Source: a virus (taxonomy: Duplodnaviria; Heunggongvirae; Uroviricota; Caudoviricetes). Taken from it: a DNA stretch of 44,150 nucleotides. The position numbers and the translations under genes are program-made. Shown here piece after piece: positions 25,364 to 34,525 of this stretch. The DNA lies in IMG/VR virus record IMGVR_UViG_3300045988_030968, positions 1-44,150 of that record. One strand, 5' to 3'. The notes beneath the pieces were generated by a model that was not told the origin of the DNA, ran no database searches, and worked only from the letters and a program-made list of their open reading frames with translations. Numbering within the stretch: position 1 is the first letter of the stretch; every line of letters starts with the position of its first letter.

Positions 25364-26440
25364 ATGCTATTAACTTTAGCACCACAGGGTTTATCTATGA
25401 GCTTACTTACATCCCTAATCAGCCACCAGATATGGCTGCAACGCACCGCATCCGGTGAAGTGAAAGACCTCGCGCCGTTTCTTCAGGAAATGAGGGGCGA
25501 AATAAAACGGCAGGTGCTGTTATTCGGCGACGACGGGCGAAGCACTGCGCGTCTGAATAAACTGTTACGCGACCTTGAAGAAGCACTAACCGGGCTTACA
25601 GGTGACTGGCAAGCAAAACTGGCAGAAGACCTCAAGGAACTGGCAGCGTATGAGGCCGAGTGGAACACAAAGACACTGGCAGCCAACGTTAACGCGGAAT
25701 TTGTTACGCCTACCGCTGAACAGGTGTGGGCCGCCGCCGAGTTTCAACCCTTATCATTAAGCGACAAGCCGGTCGATTTCACTAAGCTGATGTCTGGCTG
25801 GGGTGAAACGGAGGTCGCGCGCCTGGTAACTGGCGTTAAGATGGGTTTCGTTCAAGGCCAAACCACACGGCAGATTGTTAAGAATGTCGTAGGCGCTGGC
25901 GGACTGGCCGACATCTCTGAGCGCAACGCCGCTACGGTAATCCGCACCGCGCTATCTCACGTGTCCAACGAAGCCCGCAACGAGACGTACCGCCAGAACG
26001 ACGACATCATCGAGAAATATGAATGGGTGTCTACGCTTGATAGCCGTACCAGCACGATTTGCAGAGCCAGAGACGGAATGACATGGGAAATTGGTAAAGG
26101 GCCGATGCCCCCAGCCCATCCGAATTGTCGGTCGTGCACGGCTCCGGTAATCAGTTCCGAGTTCGACTTCCTCGATAAAGGCGCAAAACGCGCGGCTAAG
26201 GGCGCGAACGGCGGTACTCAGGTAAGCGCGGACACCACTTACTACGAGTTCCTGAAACAACAACCGGCATGGTTTCAGGATGAAGCACTCGGTCCTGTTC
26301 GCGGTAAGATTTTCCGTAACAGCGGTATATCGCCGGAAGAGTTTCGCGTAATATCTGTAGATGGTTTCGGGAATCCGCTCACGCTTAAGCAGATGGCGGA
26401 ACTCGATAAACGTGTTGCTGATTATCTGAAAGGGGATTAA
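25364..26440 (+). CDS. Head morphogenesis protein (Mu F / SPP1 gp7-like minor head protein)
   Basis: Conserved C-terminal region STLDSRTSTICRARDGMTW...HPNCRSC. Confidence 0.7.
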   Translation: MLLTLAPQGLSMSLLTSLISHQIWLQRTASGEVKDLAPFLQEMRGEIKRQVLLFGDDGRSTARLNKLLRDLEEALTGLTGDWQAKLAEDLKELAAYEAEWNTKTLAANVNAEFVTPTAEQVWAAAEFQPLSLSDKPVDFTKLMSGWGETEVARLVTGVKMGFVQGQTTRQIVKNVVGAGGLADISERNAATVIRTALSHVSNEARNETYRQNDDIIEKYEWVSTLDSRTSTICRARDGMTWEIGKGPMPPAHPNCRSCTAPVISSEFDFLDKGAKRAAKGANGGTQVSADTTYYEFLKQQPAWFQDEALGPVRGKIFRNSGISPEEFRVISVDGFGNPLTLKQMAELDKRVADYLKGD

Positions 26441-26901
26441 TGATGGGCTTTTTCAAAGTAACTGACGTACCGTCGCGTCGCGTAGTCCAGTACGCCCGCG
26501 TGTCTGGCTCTGGTGAGAATGTGGTGTTTATTGAAGATGAAAGTGTACTAGGTACACCGGTAGACGATATGCCGTTTGCGGATAAGACCGGTATTGCGCT
26601 ACCAGCGGCGGGCATGCTTTATGAGATTCCGTATCTGGCTGATGCTGGCGACGTGTATTTCTCTGAGCAACCGCAGGACACCGAACTGACAGACGGCAGT
26701 GCAACTCTCACTGTCGAAGTTAAAGCTGGTAAAGCACCATATGCGCTGACCTGGTACAAAGATGGTAAGGAAGTGGTCAACGCCCCAGAAGAGGCTTTGT
26801 CTCTGACGGTTAATGCGGTAGGGGAATACTTCGTTAAAGTTACCGATGCCGGTGGTGTGGAGGCTGTCAGCAAAGCGGCGAAGGTCACTAAGCCAGAATG
26901 A
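26440..26901 (+). CDS. Ig-like domain protein
   Basis: C-terminal TLTVEVKAGKAPYALTWYKDGKEV; paralogous motif in 29983..30324. Confidence 0.5.
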   Translation: MMGFFKVTDVPSRRVVQYARVSGSGENVVFIEDESVLGTPVDDMPFADKTGIALPAAGMLYEIPYLADAGDVYFSEQPQDTELTDGSATLTVEVKAGKAPYALTWYKDGKEVVNAPEEALSLTVNAVGEYFVKVTDAGGVEAVSKAAKVTKPE

Positions 26902-26904
26902 TAA

Positions 26905-26933
26905 AAGGCCCCTTCCGGGGCCTTAGTTTTATT
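26905..26933. terminator. Bidirectional terminator
   Basis: AAGGCCCC-TTCC-GGGGCCTT with T-runs on both strands; overlaps stop of minus-strand gene. Confidence 0.6.
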
Positions 26934-27213
26934 GCTTTCCTAATGCTTTCTTGATCGCGCTGTTTGCCAGATTTAATGGATGGTCTTCATGGCAATCCTC
27001 GGGAGATACCGCGCAAACATCCTCAACGTAATCGCGAAGCTGGCGAAGTGCTTCAAGTAACTCTGGTGCAGAGGAAATAAGTTTTGTGTTAGCCAATTTT
27101 ACTGAGTCCTTTTCCCTCATACTCATTACCTCCGCCACATAAACATCACCCGCCCAGATAGCAGTTCCGCGATTAACCCATGCACCGTCTGTACCTTTAA
27201 ATTCGTGTGTCAT
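26929..27213 (-). CDS. Reverse-oriented accessory (moron) gene, hypothetical 94-aa protein
   Basis: ATG 27213 with AGGAG upstream; own promoter (27238-27270) and terminator; opposite to flanking structural genes. Confidence 0.6.
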   Translation of the reverse strand: MTHEFKGTDGAWVNRGTAIWAGDVYVAEVMSMREKDSVKLANTKLISSAPELLEALRQLRDYVEDVCAVSPEDCHEDHPLNLANSAIKKALGKQ

Positions 27214-27237
27214 TTTTTCATCTCCTGTTCAAGTTAA

Positions 27238-27270
27238 CTGAATAGTACCCTATTATGTTGGGGTGTGCAA
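27238..27270 (-). promoter_or_regulatory. Conserved promoter, copy E (minus-strand TTGCAC-17-TACTAT)
   Basis: Reverse complement matches D1 at about 30 of 33 positions. Confidence 0.5.
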
Positions 27271-27336
27271 ACTATTTGTTTATGTATTCCAGTTATTCCA
27301 CTCAATTGTAAATGTTGGAATAAACTATTCGAATAG

Positions 27337-27365
27337 TTGACTTTTCACTGAAAATATGGTAAGCT
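27337..27365 (+). promoter_or_regulatory. Conserved promoter core, copy 2 (TTGACT-17-TAAGCT with TGg)
   Basis: Near-identical to 14890-14918. Confidence 0.45.
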
Positions 27366-27573
27366 CCACCTGAGCTTGTGAAGTATGAACAAGCGACCGC
27401 GGCGCGGGCAGGTAACGGAGCGGGACGTAAGTCCTGAGTGTAGTTACGCTGACGCGTTCGGAAGGGCCATAGGCTATTGCTTGTGTAAAAAGTAACTGGT
27501 TTACTGAGATTACGCCGTTTCTGTGTTTAAATGATAAGGACTAACGCCCCGCTTTATGGCGGGGCTTTACTTA
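27366..27573 (+). ncRNA. Candidate conserved leader, copy 2, ending in terminator-like hairpin
   Basis: ORF-free; 5' part conserved with copy 1; GCCCCGC-TTTATG-GCGGGGC plus TTTACTTAT at 27545-27573, just before the spanin RBS. Confidence 0.25.
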
Positions 27574-27589
27574 TCGAGAAAGGAGAAAC

Positions 27590-27976
27590 ATGAATCTTAA
27601 AGCAACTGTCGTAGCGGGAGCATGTTTCATCATCCTGGCTTACGCACACGGCATCTACCAGTATCGCAGCGGCTGGAACGAAGGCCGGGCGAATCTCGTT
27701 TCCCAGCAACAGCAGAAAGCACAGGCGGAGTTAGCGAAGAAAACACAACGGCAGCAGCAGGACGAATCAAAGGCCGCAGCCGCTGACAACGAAGGTAAGA
27801 CGAAATCAGAGGTGATTACCCGTGAAGTCGTTAAGTACATTAAAACGCCTGGTCGCAGCGTGTGCACTTTCGACGATGCTCGCGTCCTGCTCAAGTCCCG
27901 CTCCGTCGCAAACGCCAATTCCATCCCCGGATATGACAATGATGCAGCCGCCGTGCAAACTGGCGCTACCAAGTAG
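27590..27976 (+). CDS. Rz-like inner-membrane spanin (i-spanin)
   Basis: N-terminal TM VVAGACFIILAYAHGIY then Gln/Ala-rich coiled coil; AAGGAG RBS. Confidence 0.65.
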   Translation: MNLKATVVAGACFIILAYAHGIYQYRSGWNEGRANLVSQQQQKAQAELAKKTQRQQQDESKAAAADNEGKTKSEVITREVVKYIKTPGRSVCTFDDARVLLKSRSVANANSIPGYDNDAAAVQTGATK

Positions 27977-28085
27977 CGACGCGGACGAGGATTTAACTAT
28001 CGACGTCCAGAACGCCGAATGTGTACGGCAACTGAGGTTGAAAGTGTTCATGTTGCAGGATTACGTGAGGAATATTCTGGAATAG
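27822..28085 (+). CDS. Rz1-like outer-membrane lipoprotein spanin (o-spanin), overlapping Rz in another frame
   Basis: Lipobox LSTMLASC; Pro-rich mature region; starts inside Rz and extends beyond it. Confidence 0.55.
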   Translation: MKSLSTLKRLVAACALSTMLASCSSPAPSQTPIPSPDMTMMQPPCKLALPSSDADEDLTIDVQNAECVRQLRLKVFMLQDYVRNILE

Positions 28086-28167
28086 TTGCCTTGCATGTTG
28101 GAATAATTTATTCTTGACATGTAAATCCGGGTGGCCCGGATTCCAACGTCCAGGGGACATACTGACT

Positions 28168-28869
28168 ATGAATCGTTTTTTACGTTATCCGTTCCAGGAA
28201 GAAGCTGGGGCAGAAGATAAATCCGGCGGTGGTGACGCACCGAAAATGTTCACCGCTGAAGAAGTTCAGGCGATGATTGAGAAAGAAGTTGCCGGGCTTA
28301 AAGCCAATCAGGAAGCATTGCTGGCGGAGAAGAAAGAAGCCGCCCGCAAAGCAAAAGAGGCCGAAGAAGAACGGCAGCGCGCACACCAGGAGGCGTTAAA
28401 AGCCGCTGGTAAGATGGACGAGTTCGAAAAAACGATTCGTAGCCAGTATGACCCGGTGTTAGCCGAGAAAGATGGTCGCATCTCCAGAATGGCAGAGCGC
28501 ATCCTCGGCAGCGAACGTAAAGCGGTGTTAGGCTCTTTCGCTGGTGACTTCATTACCCCGGAAGCAGTAGACATTCTTGCACCGTTCGTTAAGACTGAGT
28601 TCGAAGGCGATGATGTGGTTACTAAGTTTGTCGGTGCAGATGGCAACGTAATCACGACTGACCCGGAACAGTTCCGCAAATACCTGCGTGAACACAAAGC
28701 GTTTTCGCATTTGATTAAAGCAAATGCAGCTTCCGGCGGCGGGGCTTCCGGTGGCAAAGGCGGCGGGGCCGCACCAGCGTTTAAAGACATGAGTGAAGCG
28801 GAGCGTTTAGCTCTGTATAAATCGAACCCTGCCGAATTTGAACGGCAACTTAAAGCCCTGAGGAAATAA
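28168..28869 (+). CDS. Scaffolding protein
   Basis: Ala/Glu/Lys-rich coiled coil; immediately upstream of major capsid gene; start at internal ATG of track ORF. Confidence 0.6.
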   Translation: MNRFLRYPFQEEAGAEDKSGGGDAPKMFTAEEVQAMIEKEVAGLKANQEALLAEKKEAARKAKEAEEERQRAHQEALKAAGKMDEFEKTIRSQYDPVLAEKDGRISRMAERILGSERKAVLGSFAGDFITPEAVDILAPFVKTEFEGDDVVTKFVGADGNVITTDPEQFRKYLREHKAFSHLIKANAASGGGASGGKGGGAAPAFKDMSEAERLALYKSNPAEFERQLKALRK

Positions 28870-28871
28870 TA

Positions 28872-29921
28872 ATGGCAATTACCACTATCGGCGATATCGT
28901 AACTGGCAACATCCCGGTCCTGGCGTCTTATATGACCGAGGACCCGGTAGAAAAAACCGCGTTCTTCCAGTCTGGTATTCTGACCCCTACTCCGTACGCT
29001 GCCGAGATTGCTCGTGGCCCGTCCAACATCGCTAATATTCCTTTCTGGAAAGCGATTGATACTTCTATTGAGCCGAACTACTCGAACGACGTGTATCAGG
29101 ACATCGCTACCCCGCGTAACGTGCAGACCGGCGAGATGATGGCGCGCGTTGCGTACCTGAACGAAGGTTTTGGTCAGGCGGACCTGACTGTCGAACTGAC
29201 CAGCCAGAATCCGCTGCAATCCGTGGCGTCCCGTCTGGATAACTTCTGGCAACGTCAGGCACAACGCCGTCTGATTGCCACCGCGCTCGGTCTGTACAAC
29301 GACAACGTAGCTGCTACCGATGCTTACCACGAGCAGAACGACATGGTTATCGACGTGTCCGCCACTCTTGGCTTCGATTCCGGCGCATTCATTGACGCTA
29401 CCCAGACTATGGGTGATGCTCTGATGGGTAACAGCGGTGAAGTGCTGGGCGCTATCGCGATGCACAGCTTTGTTTATGCGCAGGCGCGTAAGCAGCAGCT
29501 TATCGACTACATCCGTGATGCTGACAACAACACCATGTTCGCCACCTACCAGGGCTACCGTGTGATTGTTGACGACAGCATGACCGTAGTTGGTACTGGC
29601 GGTGGTCGTAAGTTCATCTCCATCATCTTCGGAAACGGCGCTATCGGTTACGGTGAAGGCAATCCGTCCAACCCGCTGGAATACGAACGCGAAGCGTCTC
29701 GTGGTAACGGCGGCGGCGTTGAAACTCTGTGGACTCGTAAGACCTGGCTGTTGCATCCGTTGGGCTACAGCTTCACCAGCGCGGTAACCACCGGCAACGG
29801 CACCGAGACTGTCGCACGTTCTGCTTCCTGGCAGGACCTGGCGAACGCCTCCAACTGGAACCGTGTGGTTGAGCGTAAGCACGTACCGATTGCCTTCCTG
29901 GTAACTGGTGTCGGGGCTTAA
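28872..29921 (+). CDS. Major capsid protein
   Basis: 349 aa after scaffold; strongly biased codon usage; followed by terminator. Confidence 0.7.
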   Translation: MAITTIGDIVTGNIPVLASYMTEDPVEKTAFFQSGILTPTPYAAEIARGPSNIANIPFWKAIDTSIEPNYSNDVYQDIATPRNVQTGEMMARVAYLNEGFGQADLTVELTSQNPLQSVASRLDNFWQRQAQRRLIATALGLYNDNVAATDAYHEQNDMVIDVSATLGFDSGAFIDATQTMGDALMGNSGEVLGAIAMHSFVYAQARKQQLIDYIRDADNNTMFATYQGYRVIVDDSMTVVGTGGGRKFISIIFGNGAIGYGEGNPSNPLEYEREASRGNGGGVETLWTRKTWLLHPLGYSFTSAVTTGNGTETVARSASWQDLANASNWNRVVERKHVPIAFLVTGVGA

Positions 29922-29936
29922 GGTTAAGCTATAATC

Positions 29937-29964
29937 GAGAGGGACTTCGGTCCCTCTTTTCATT
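29937..29964 (+). terminator. Rho-independent terminator after capsid gene
   Basis: GAGAGGGAC-TTCG-GTCCCTCTT followed by TTTTCATTT. Confidence 0.65.
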
Positions 29965-29982
29965 TACTAAGAGGATTCCTAA

Positions 29983-30324
29983 ATGGCAGACGTATTGAAG
30001 CGACGCATCACCGGCGTCTCCGCTGACGCCCCGGGTGCTAAGATTGACATGGCGACTATTTCTCCTGCGTCTTTCTCTACGGCACTTAACGCTACTACCG
30101 CAGTAACCGCAAGTGAAACTATGACGCTGACCGTAACGGTAGCTGGTGGTCTGGAGCCATATTCTTACCAGTGGTACAAGAATAACAACGCCATCGCGGG
30201 GGCCAACGCTGCTACCTACGCTAAAGCGTCAACCACTACCGCTGATTCTGGCACGTATAAAGTGGTTGTTCACGATGCGTATGGTAATATTATCTCCAGC
30301 AGCACCGTAGCAACTGTGTCTTAA
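29983..30324 (+). CDS. Ig-like domain protein (possible capsid decoration)
   Basis: TLTVTVAGGLEPYSYQWYKNNNAI...DSGTYKVVVHDAYGN. Confidence 0.5.
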   Translation: MADVLKRRITGVSADAPGAKIDMATISPASFSTALNATTAVTASETMTLTVTVAGGLEPYSYQWYKNNNAIAGANAATYAKASTTTADSGTYKVVVHDAYGNIISSSTVATVS

Positions 30325-30328
30325 TGAA

Positions 30329-30350
30329 ACGGCCCTTCGGGGCCTTAATA
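30329..30350 (+). terminator. Terminator-like hairpin
   Basis: GGCCC-TTCG-GGGCC; weak T-run. Confidence 0.35.
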
Positions 30351-30366
30351 AGGAAAGGTCATAATT

Positions 30367-30756
30367 ATGAACGACCAGCAAATCGAAAAAGAAATCGTTG
30401 AGAAAGGATTAACAGCGCCACGCATCACTCCACGGCACATTCAGTCACTCATTGCGGGTGAGTATTATTTTACGGCGGCAGACGGCGTACAGCAGTCGAT
30501 GCACAAGCAGGATGAGCTAACCAGGCTCGTTGGTCCACACAGAGAAATTGAATTTCTTACCTTTTGTGTCTTGGTATTGAAAAATGGATTCACAGTCACA
30601 GGTGAAAGCGCATGTGCCAGCCCTGAAAATTTCGATGCTGAAATTGGTCGGAAGATTGCCCGGCAGAATGCCGTAAACAAAATCTGGATGCTCGAAGGCT
30701 ACTTGCTGAAGCAGAAGTTGCTGGAGCAAAACAGCGAGGCCAATCATGGCAGATAA
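30367..30756 (+). CDS. Gp49/Gp66-family phage protein (function unknown)
   Basis: LTFCVLVLKNGFTVTGESACASPENFDAEIGRKIARQNAVNKIW signature. Confidence 0.55.
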   Translation: MNDQQIEKEIVEKGLTAPRITPRHIQSLIAGEYYFTAADGVQQSMHKQDELTRLVGPHREIEFLTFCVLVLKNGFTVTGESACASPENFDAEIGRKIARQNAVNKIWMLEGYLLKQKLLEQNSEANHGR

Positions 30757-30925
30757 TTACGTAATCCGCGAAAAGTACACACACGTCGACGTTGTTGGCG
30801 GTCAGGTGATGCCGGTTCGCGGTGTGGTAGAAGCGGATGAACTGGTAGCGGTTCAACCGGACAACGAAGAAGCGCACAACAACGGCGGTGGTACTAAGCG
30901 CCGTCGCCGTAAGTCAGAGGAATAA
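30746..30925 (+). CDS. Hypothetical small protein (59 aa)
   Basis: MADNYVIREKYTHVDVVGG...; basic KRRRRK C-terminus; below track cutoff. Confidence 0.4.
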   Translation: MADNYVIREKYTHVDVVGGQVMPVRGVVEADELVAVQPDNEEAHNNGGGTKRRRRKSEE

Positions 30926-30928
30926 TTT

Positions 30929-31441
30929 ATGCCGCTAATCGTGGAAGATGGGTCAATAGTACCTGGCGCTGACAGTTACATTAGTCTGGCTGACGCCCGC
31001 GCGTTAGCGGCTAATTATGGCCTTGAGCTACCGGAAGACGATACCGCCGCCGAAGTAGCCTTACGCAACGGAGCTACTTATGTTGGGCTTGCAGAACCGC
31101 AGATGTGCGGTCGTCGCGTATCCGCCGAACAGTCTCTGGCGTACCCTCGCACCGGAGTTACGTTAAATGGGTTCCCGGTGTCGAACAACGCCATCCCGAA
31201 ACAGGTAATTCTTGCGCAGGTAATCGCCTCCGCTACATATGGCGCGGGTACTGAGGTGCGGGCCAACTCAGACGGTCGCTCAGTGCAGACTGAGCGTGTA
31301 GAAGGTGCGGTGACCGTGACATACTTCAACAACGGCAACAGTGGCGCTACTACATCAATCACCGCAGCCGATGACGCCTTGCGCCAGTTACTGTGTGGCG
31401 GTCTTAACAATGGCTTCTCATTTAACGTGTATCGGGGATAA
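30929..31441 (+). CDS. Putative head-tail connector / head completion protein
   Basis: 170 aa; position between capsid and tail genes. Confidence 0.45.
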   Translation: MPLIVEDGSIVPGADSYISLADARALAANYGLELPEDDTAAEVALRNGATYVGLAEPQMCGRRVSAEQSLAYPRTGVTLNGFPVSNNAIPKQVILAQVIASATYGAGTEVRANSDGRSVQTERVEGAVTVTYFNNGNSGATTSITAADDALRQLLCGGLNNGFSFNVYRG

Positions 31442-31443
31442 AA

Positions 31444-32058
31444 ATGGCGAAGACCAAAACAGAGATGTTTACCCTTATCGGTGCAAATCTTCCCGATAAC
31501 ACTACCGGTCTTATTACCCCCGCGAAGCTACGCGAAGTAATGACCCAGATGGCGGATTCGCCTATTTACGCCACTCCCGGTGTTAAAGAGGTTGAAGTTC
31601 TCCGTGCCGCGTCGACCGTGGCACAAGCGCCTTCCGCAGTAGATACAGCATTGCAGGTATCGTTCGGCTCTGCTCAGGGAAGCGCATCTGACCCGGTAAT
31701 GATTAATGCCGCCGGGCTGGTTACATTCAACACCGCGGGTAACTACGCCGTTCGCATCAAGTTACAGGCTGGGCGCACGGGTGCTAGCGGTACCTCAATC
31801 CTTTTATCGCGCATTCTTCTTAACGGCGCTCAGTATGGTTCGCCCGCCGCCACGAAACTGGTTAGCGCCGACATAACAATCCCGATTGAGTCCCGCGTCG
31901 TTATTAACCCGACCGCAGGCCAGACGTTTGCCGTTCAGATTATGCGGGATAGTGCCGGGAGTGACTTCGGCGGCGTATACCCACAAGCGGCTACCGTAAC
32001 TGCATGGGGGACCGCGCCATCCGCGCTACTGGTTATTTCGAGACTGGAGGCCGCCTGA
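31444..32058 (+). CDS. Structural protein, hypothetical
   Basis: 204 aa; position in head-tail joining region. Confidence 0.45.
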   Translation: MAKTKTEMFTLIGANLPDNTTGLITPAKLREVMTQMADSPIYATPGVKEVEVLRAASTVAQAPSAVDTALQVSFGSAQGSASDPVMINAAGLVTFNTAGNYAVRIKLQAGRTGASGTSILLSRILLNGAQYGSPAATKLVSADITIPIESRVVINPTAGQTFAVQIMRDSAGSDFGGVYPQAATVTAWGTAPSALLVISRLEAA

Positions 32059-32417
32059 TGAGCACCTCTTTCAGTAAACGTATGCAAGGCGTTGGCACAC
32101 GCCTGCTAACCAAATTCGGTAGCACGGTATCCCTTGTTCGCGCTGGCTCGAAAGTATGGGATGAGGTTCTCGGTGAGTTCGTCTGGTCTGACGATGAAGT
32201 GTTGCCGTTGAAGGCCGTTCCGGTTCCGGTAAACGCGGGACTGGTAAACGGTACGACGATTCAGGCGGGAGACATGATTGTTAAAGCCGATTGCAGCGTC
32301 GTTCCTAAGATGGAAGACAAGGTGCAATTCGGCGGCGAGCAATGGTCTGTCGTATCCATCGAGAAGAAGATGGTTAATGATGATGTCGTGGCATACTTTA
32401 TTCAGGTGAGAAAATGA
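32058..32417 (+). CDS. Putative head-tail adaptor
   Basis: Internal ATG of track ORF; TGATG overlap with upstream stop. Confidence 0.45.
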   Translation: MSTSFSKRMQGVGTRLLTKFGSTVSLVRAGSKVWDEVLGEFVWSDDEVLPLKAVPVPVNAGLVNGTTIQAGDMIVKADCSVVPKMEDKVQFGGEQWSVVSIEKKMVNDDVVAYFIQVRK

Positions 32418-32914
32418 GTTTCGCTCTTGATGTCTCTAAGTTTGTGGAAAAGGCGAAGAAGAATCCCGAGAAGGTGATGCGTCAGGTGTCTATCAAGCTG
32501 TTTTCCGCTATCATAAAGGCGAGTCCGGTAGATACGGGCCGCTTTCGTATGAACTGGATGGCATCCGGCAGTGCTCCGGCTTCCGGTACAAGTCGCGGTA
32601 CCGACCCTAGCGGGGCGAACGCAATAAGTGCCATGGTTTCTACCGTGTCGGGTTTACCCGACTGGAGCGAGTTCACCCTGACAAATAACCTGCCGTATGC
32701 GGAAGTTATAGAGTTCGGGGGTTACGCTTCCGGCTTCCACGGCCCTAAGCGCCCTTCTAACTTAGGCTCTAAATTTGTTGGGCCATTAAGGCCGAAAGCG
32801 CCAAGCAGAACAACCACAGACGGGTATTCACTCCAGGCCCCGCAAGGTGTTGTCCGGGTTAACGTTCAGCGATTCAATAAACTGCTGGAAGAAGAAGCGA
32901 GGAAGTATAAATAA
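32414..32914 (+). CDS. HK97 gp10-like tail-completion / neck protein
   Basis: SPVDTGRFRMNW motif. Confidence 0.55.
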   Translation: MSFALDVSKFVEKAKKNPEKVMRQVSIKLFSAIIKASPVDTGRFRMNWMASGSAPASGTSRGTDPSGANAISAMVSTVSGLPDWSEFTLTNNLPYAEVIEFGGYASGFHGPKRPSNLGSKFVGPLRPKAPSRTTTDGYSLQAPQGVVRVNVQRFNKLLEEEARKYK

Positions 32915-33327
32915 TGGGCTACTTTGAGGACTTAACAAAAGCGTTCGATGTGCCGCTGGTAGCCTTCGGAACCGCCAACGGCATCAGGGTAGCGCTTGAA
33001 AATATCGACGCGCCGACGTCAACCGATACACCGTATCTGGCAAGTTACATGCTACTTGCGGATACGGAACAGGCTGATTTGTTCTTCACGGAACAACGCT
33101 CTGGCGTCTATCAGGTAGATATTAACTACGCGTCGGTGAAAGGTAGCGCACCAATCAATAAAATGGCAGACTTACTTAACACGGCGTTTAAAGCAGGTAA
33201 GTCATTTTCACGTAACGACATCTGCGCCGAGGTTCAATCGGTTAGCCTGGGGCCGCTGATTGTAGAAAACGGATGGGCCAAACGGCCATTGTCAATTAAC
33301 TTTATTGCATTCACCAAGAGGCTGTGA
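32914..33327 (+). CDS. Putative tail terminator protein
   Basis: 137 aa immediately upstream of major tail protein. Confidence 0.45.
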   Translation: MGYFEDLTKAFDVPLVAFGTANGIRVALENIDAPTSTDTPYLASYMLLADTEQADLFFTEQRSGVYQVDINYASVKGSAPINKMADLLNTAFKAGKSFSRNDICAEVQSVSLGPLIVENGWAKRPLSINFIAFTKRL

Positions 33328-34496
33328 ATATGGCTACAACTCCTTTTAAGGGCGCGACTACCGCGCAATTCTATGTGGCGGAAGTCACCCCGGGCGTAAC
33401 ACCGGCTAACCCTGTCTGGTCGCCGTTGCGTAACACTGGCGGTGTTCCTGCTATCACCCGCGACACGCTGACCTCCAACGAACTGGACGGCAGCCGTGAA
33501 ACTACATCCATCCGCACCGGTAACAAACAGGTTAGCGGTGAATACGCGATCGAGCTTAGCTCGAAAAGCCAGGACGACTGGCTGGCGGGTGCTTTAGGCT
33601 CTACGTGGCAATCAGGTGTATCCTTGACTGACCTGTCAATTACCGTCGCACCGGCGGGCAAGACGTTCACCCGTGCTGATGGCAGCTTTATTTCTGATGG
33701 CGTTGAAGTAGGCGACCTGATCGCGTTCACCGACTTAACGGGCGACAACGCTAAACCGTTCATCGTAACCGAGGTAAGTGCGACTGTTGTCACAGGCGCC
33801 GGCATCCAACATACTCTGACCACTGAGACCGTAACAACCGACGCTAAAACCGGCGACAAACTGGAAACTGGTAACGCGTGTAAGACGTTCTCTATCCTCA
33901 CCTGGTACAAAGGCCAGTGCGGCGGGGCCGACGCGTACACGCTAACCAAAGGCGTGGAAGTTTCCGGTTTTACCGTGGAGCAGGCCGTTAACGCGATGGT
34001 AACGGGCAGCTTCCCGTTCATCGGGCGCAGCCAGGAGATTCTCGCGACGCCGCCGTCTGGTTCTGACTTCTCCTCTGTTACGTTTACTGATGAGCCGTTC
34101 TCCTCGGTCGACGTTTCTGTGTTCGACGGTTCTACGCCGTTGCGTTGCGATAGCCTGACCATCACCAACGACAACAGTGCATCCGCGCAGTTCGAACTTG
34201 GCAACACTAACGTGGCCTTTGTGGAACGTAGCCGCGCGGCTAACACCTTCTCCATCTCTGGTAAACTGTACGACATGGCGATGATTCAGAAGTTTATCAA
34301 CGAGCAGCAGGTAGAGATTAACTCTATTCTGGCTGGGGTAAACGGGGCTATGTCTTTCAGTTTGAAACGTGCAGAGCTTACGGCGGTTACACCTGAGATT
34401 GGCGGGCCTGAGTCAATCACTCAGAGCATAGAAGGACAGTCCACAGGCAATCAATATCAATCCTCTATCGTAATTCAGCGTATCACCTACGCATAA
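33324..34496 (+). CDS. Major tail protein
   Basis: 390 aa, Thr/Ser/Gly-rich; upstream of chaperone and tape measure genes. Confidence 0.6.
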   Translation: MNMATTPFKGATTAQFYVAEVTPGVTPANPVWSPLRNTGGVPAITRDTLTSNELDGSRETTSIRTGNKQVSGEYAIELSSKSQDDWLAGALGSTWQSGVSLTDLSITVAPAGKTFTRADGSFISDGVEVGDLIAFTDLTGDNAKPFIVTEVSATVVTGAGIQHTLTTETVTTDAKTGDKLETGNACKTFSILTWYKGQCGGADAYTLTKGVEVSGFTVEQAVNAMVTGSFPFIGRSQEILATPPSGSDFSSVTFTDEPFSSVDVSVFDGSTPLRCDSLTITNDNSASAQFELGNTNVAFVERSRAANTFSISGKLYDMAMIQKFINEQQVEINSILAGVNGAMSFSLKRAELTAVTPEIGGPESITQSIEGQSTGNQYQSSIVIQRITYA

Positions 34497-34500
34497 AACT

Positions 34501-34525
34501 AAGGCCCCGAAAGGGGCCTTTTCTT
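34501..34525. terminator. Bidirectional terminator
   Basis: AAGGCCCC-GAAA-GGGGCCTT with T-runs on both strands. Confidence 0.65.

Noticed and set aside
28114-28142. Sigma70 promoter for the scaffold gene at TTGACA 28114-28119
   Set aside because: No acceptable -10 hexamer at 16-18 bp spacing (the sequence there is a GC-rich palindrome TCCGGG-N3-CCCGGA); left uncalled.
28308-29963. 551-aa minus-strand ORF, the longest unannotated ORF in the track
   Set aside because: Lies entirely antisense to the scaffold and major capsid genes; its translation is low-complexity and Arg/Ser/Ala-rich as expected for the reverse frame of GC-biased coding DNA, and it has no credible start context.
33371-34276. 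301-aa minus-strand ORF
   Set aside because: Antisense to the major tail protein gene, with no RBS and biased composition; treated as a frame artefact.
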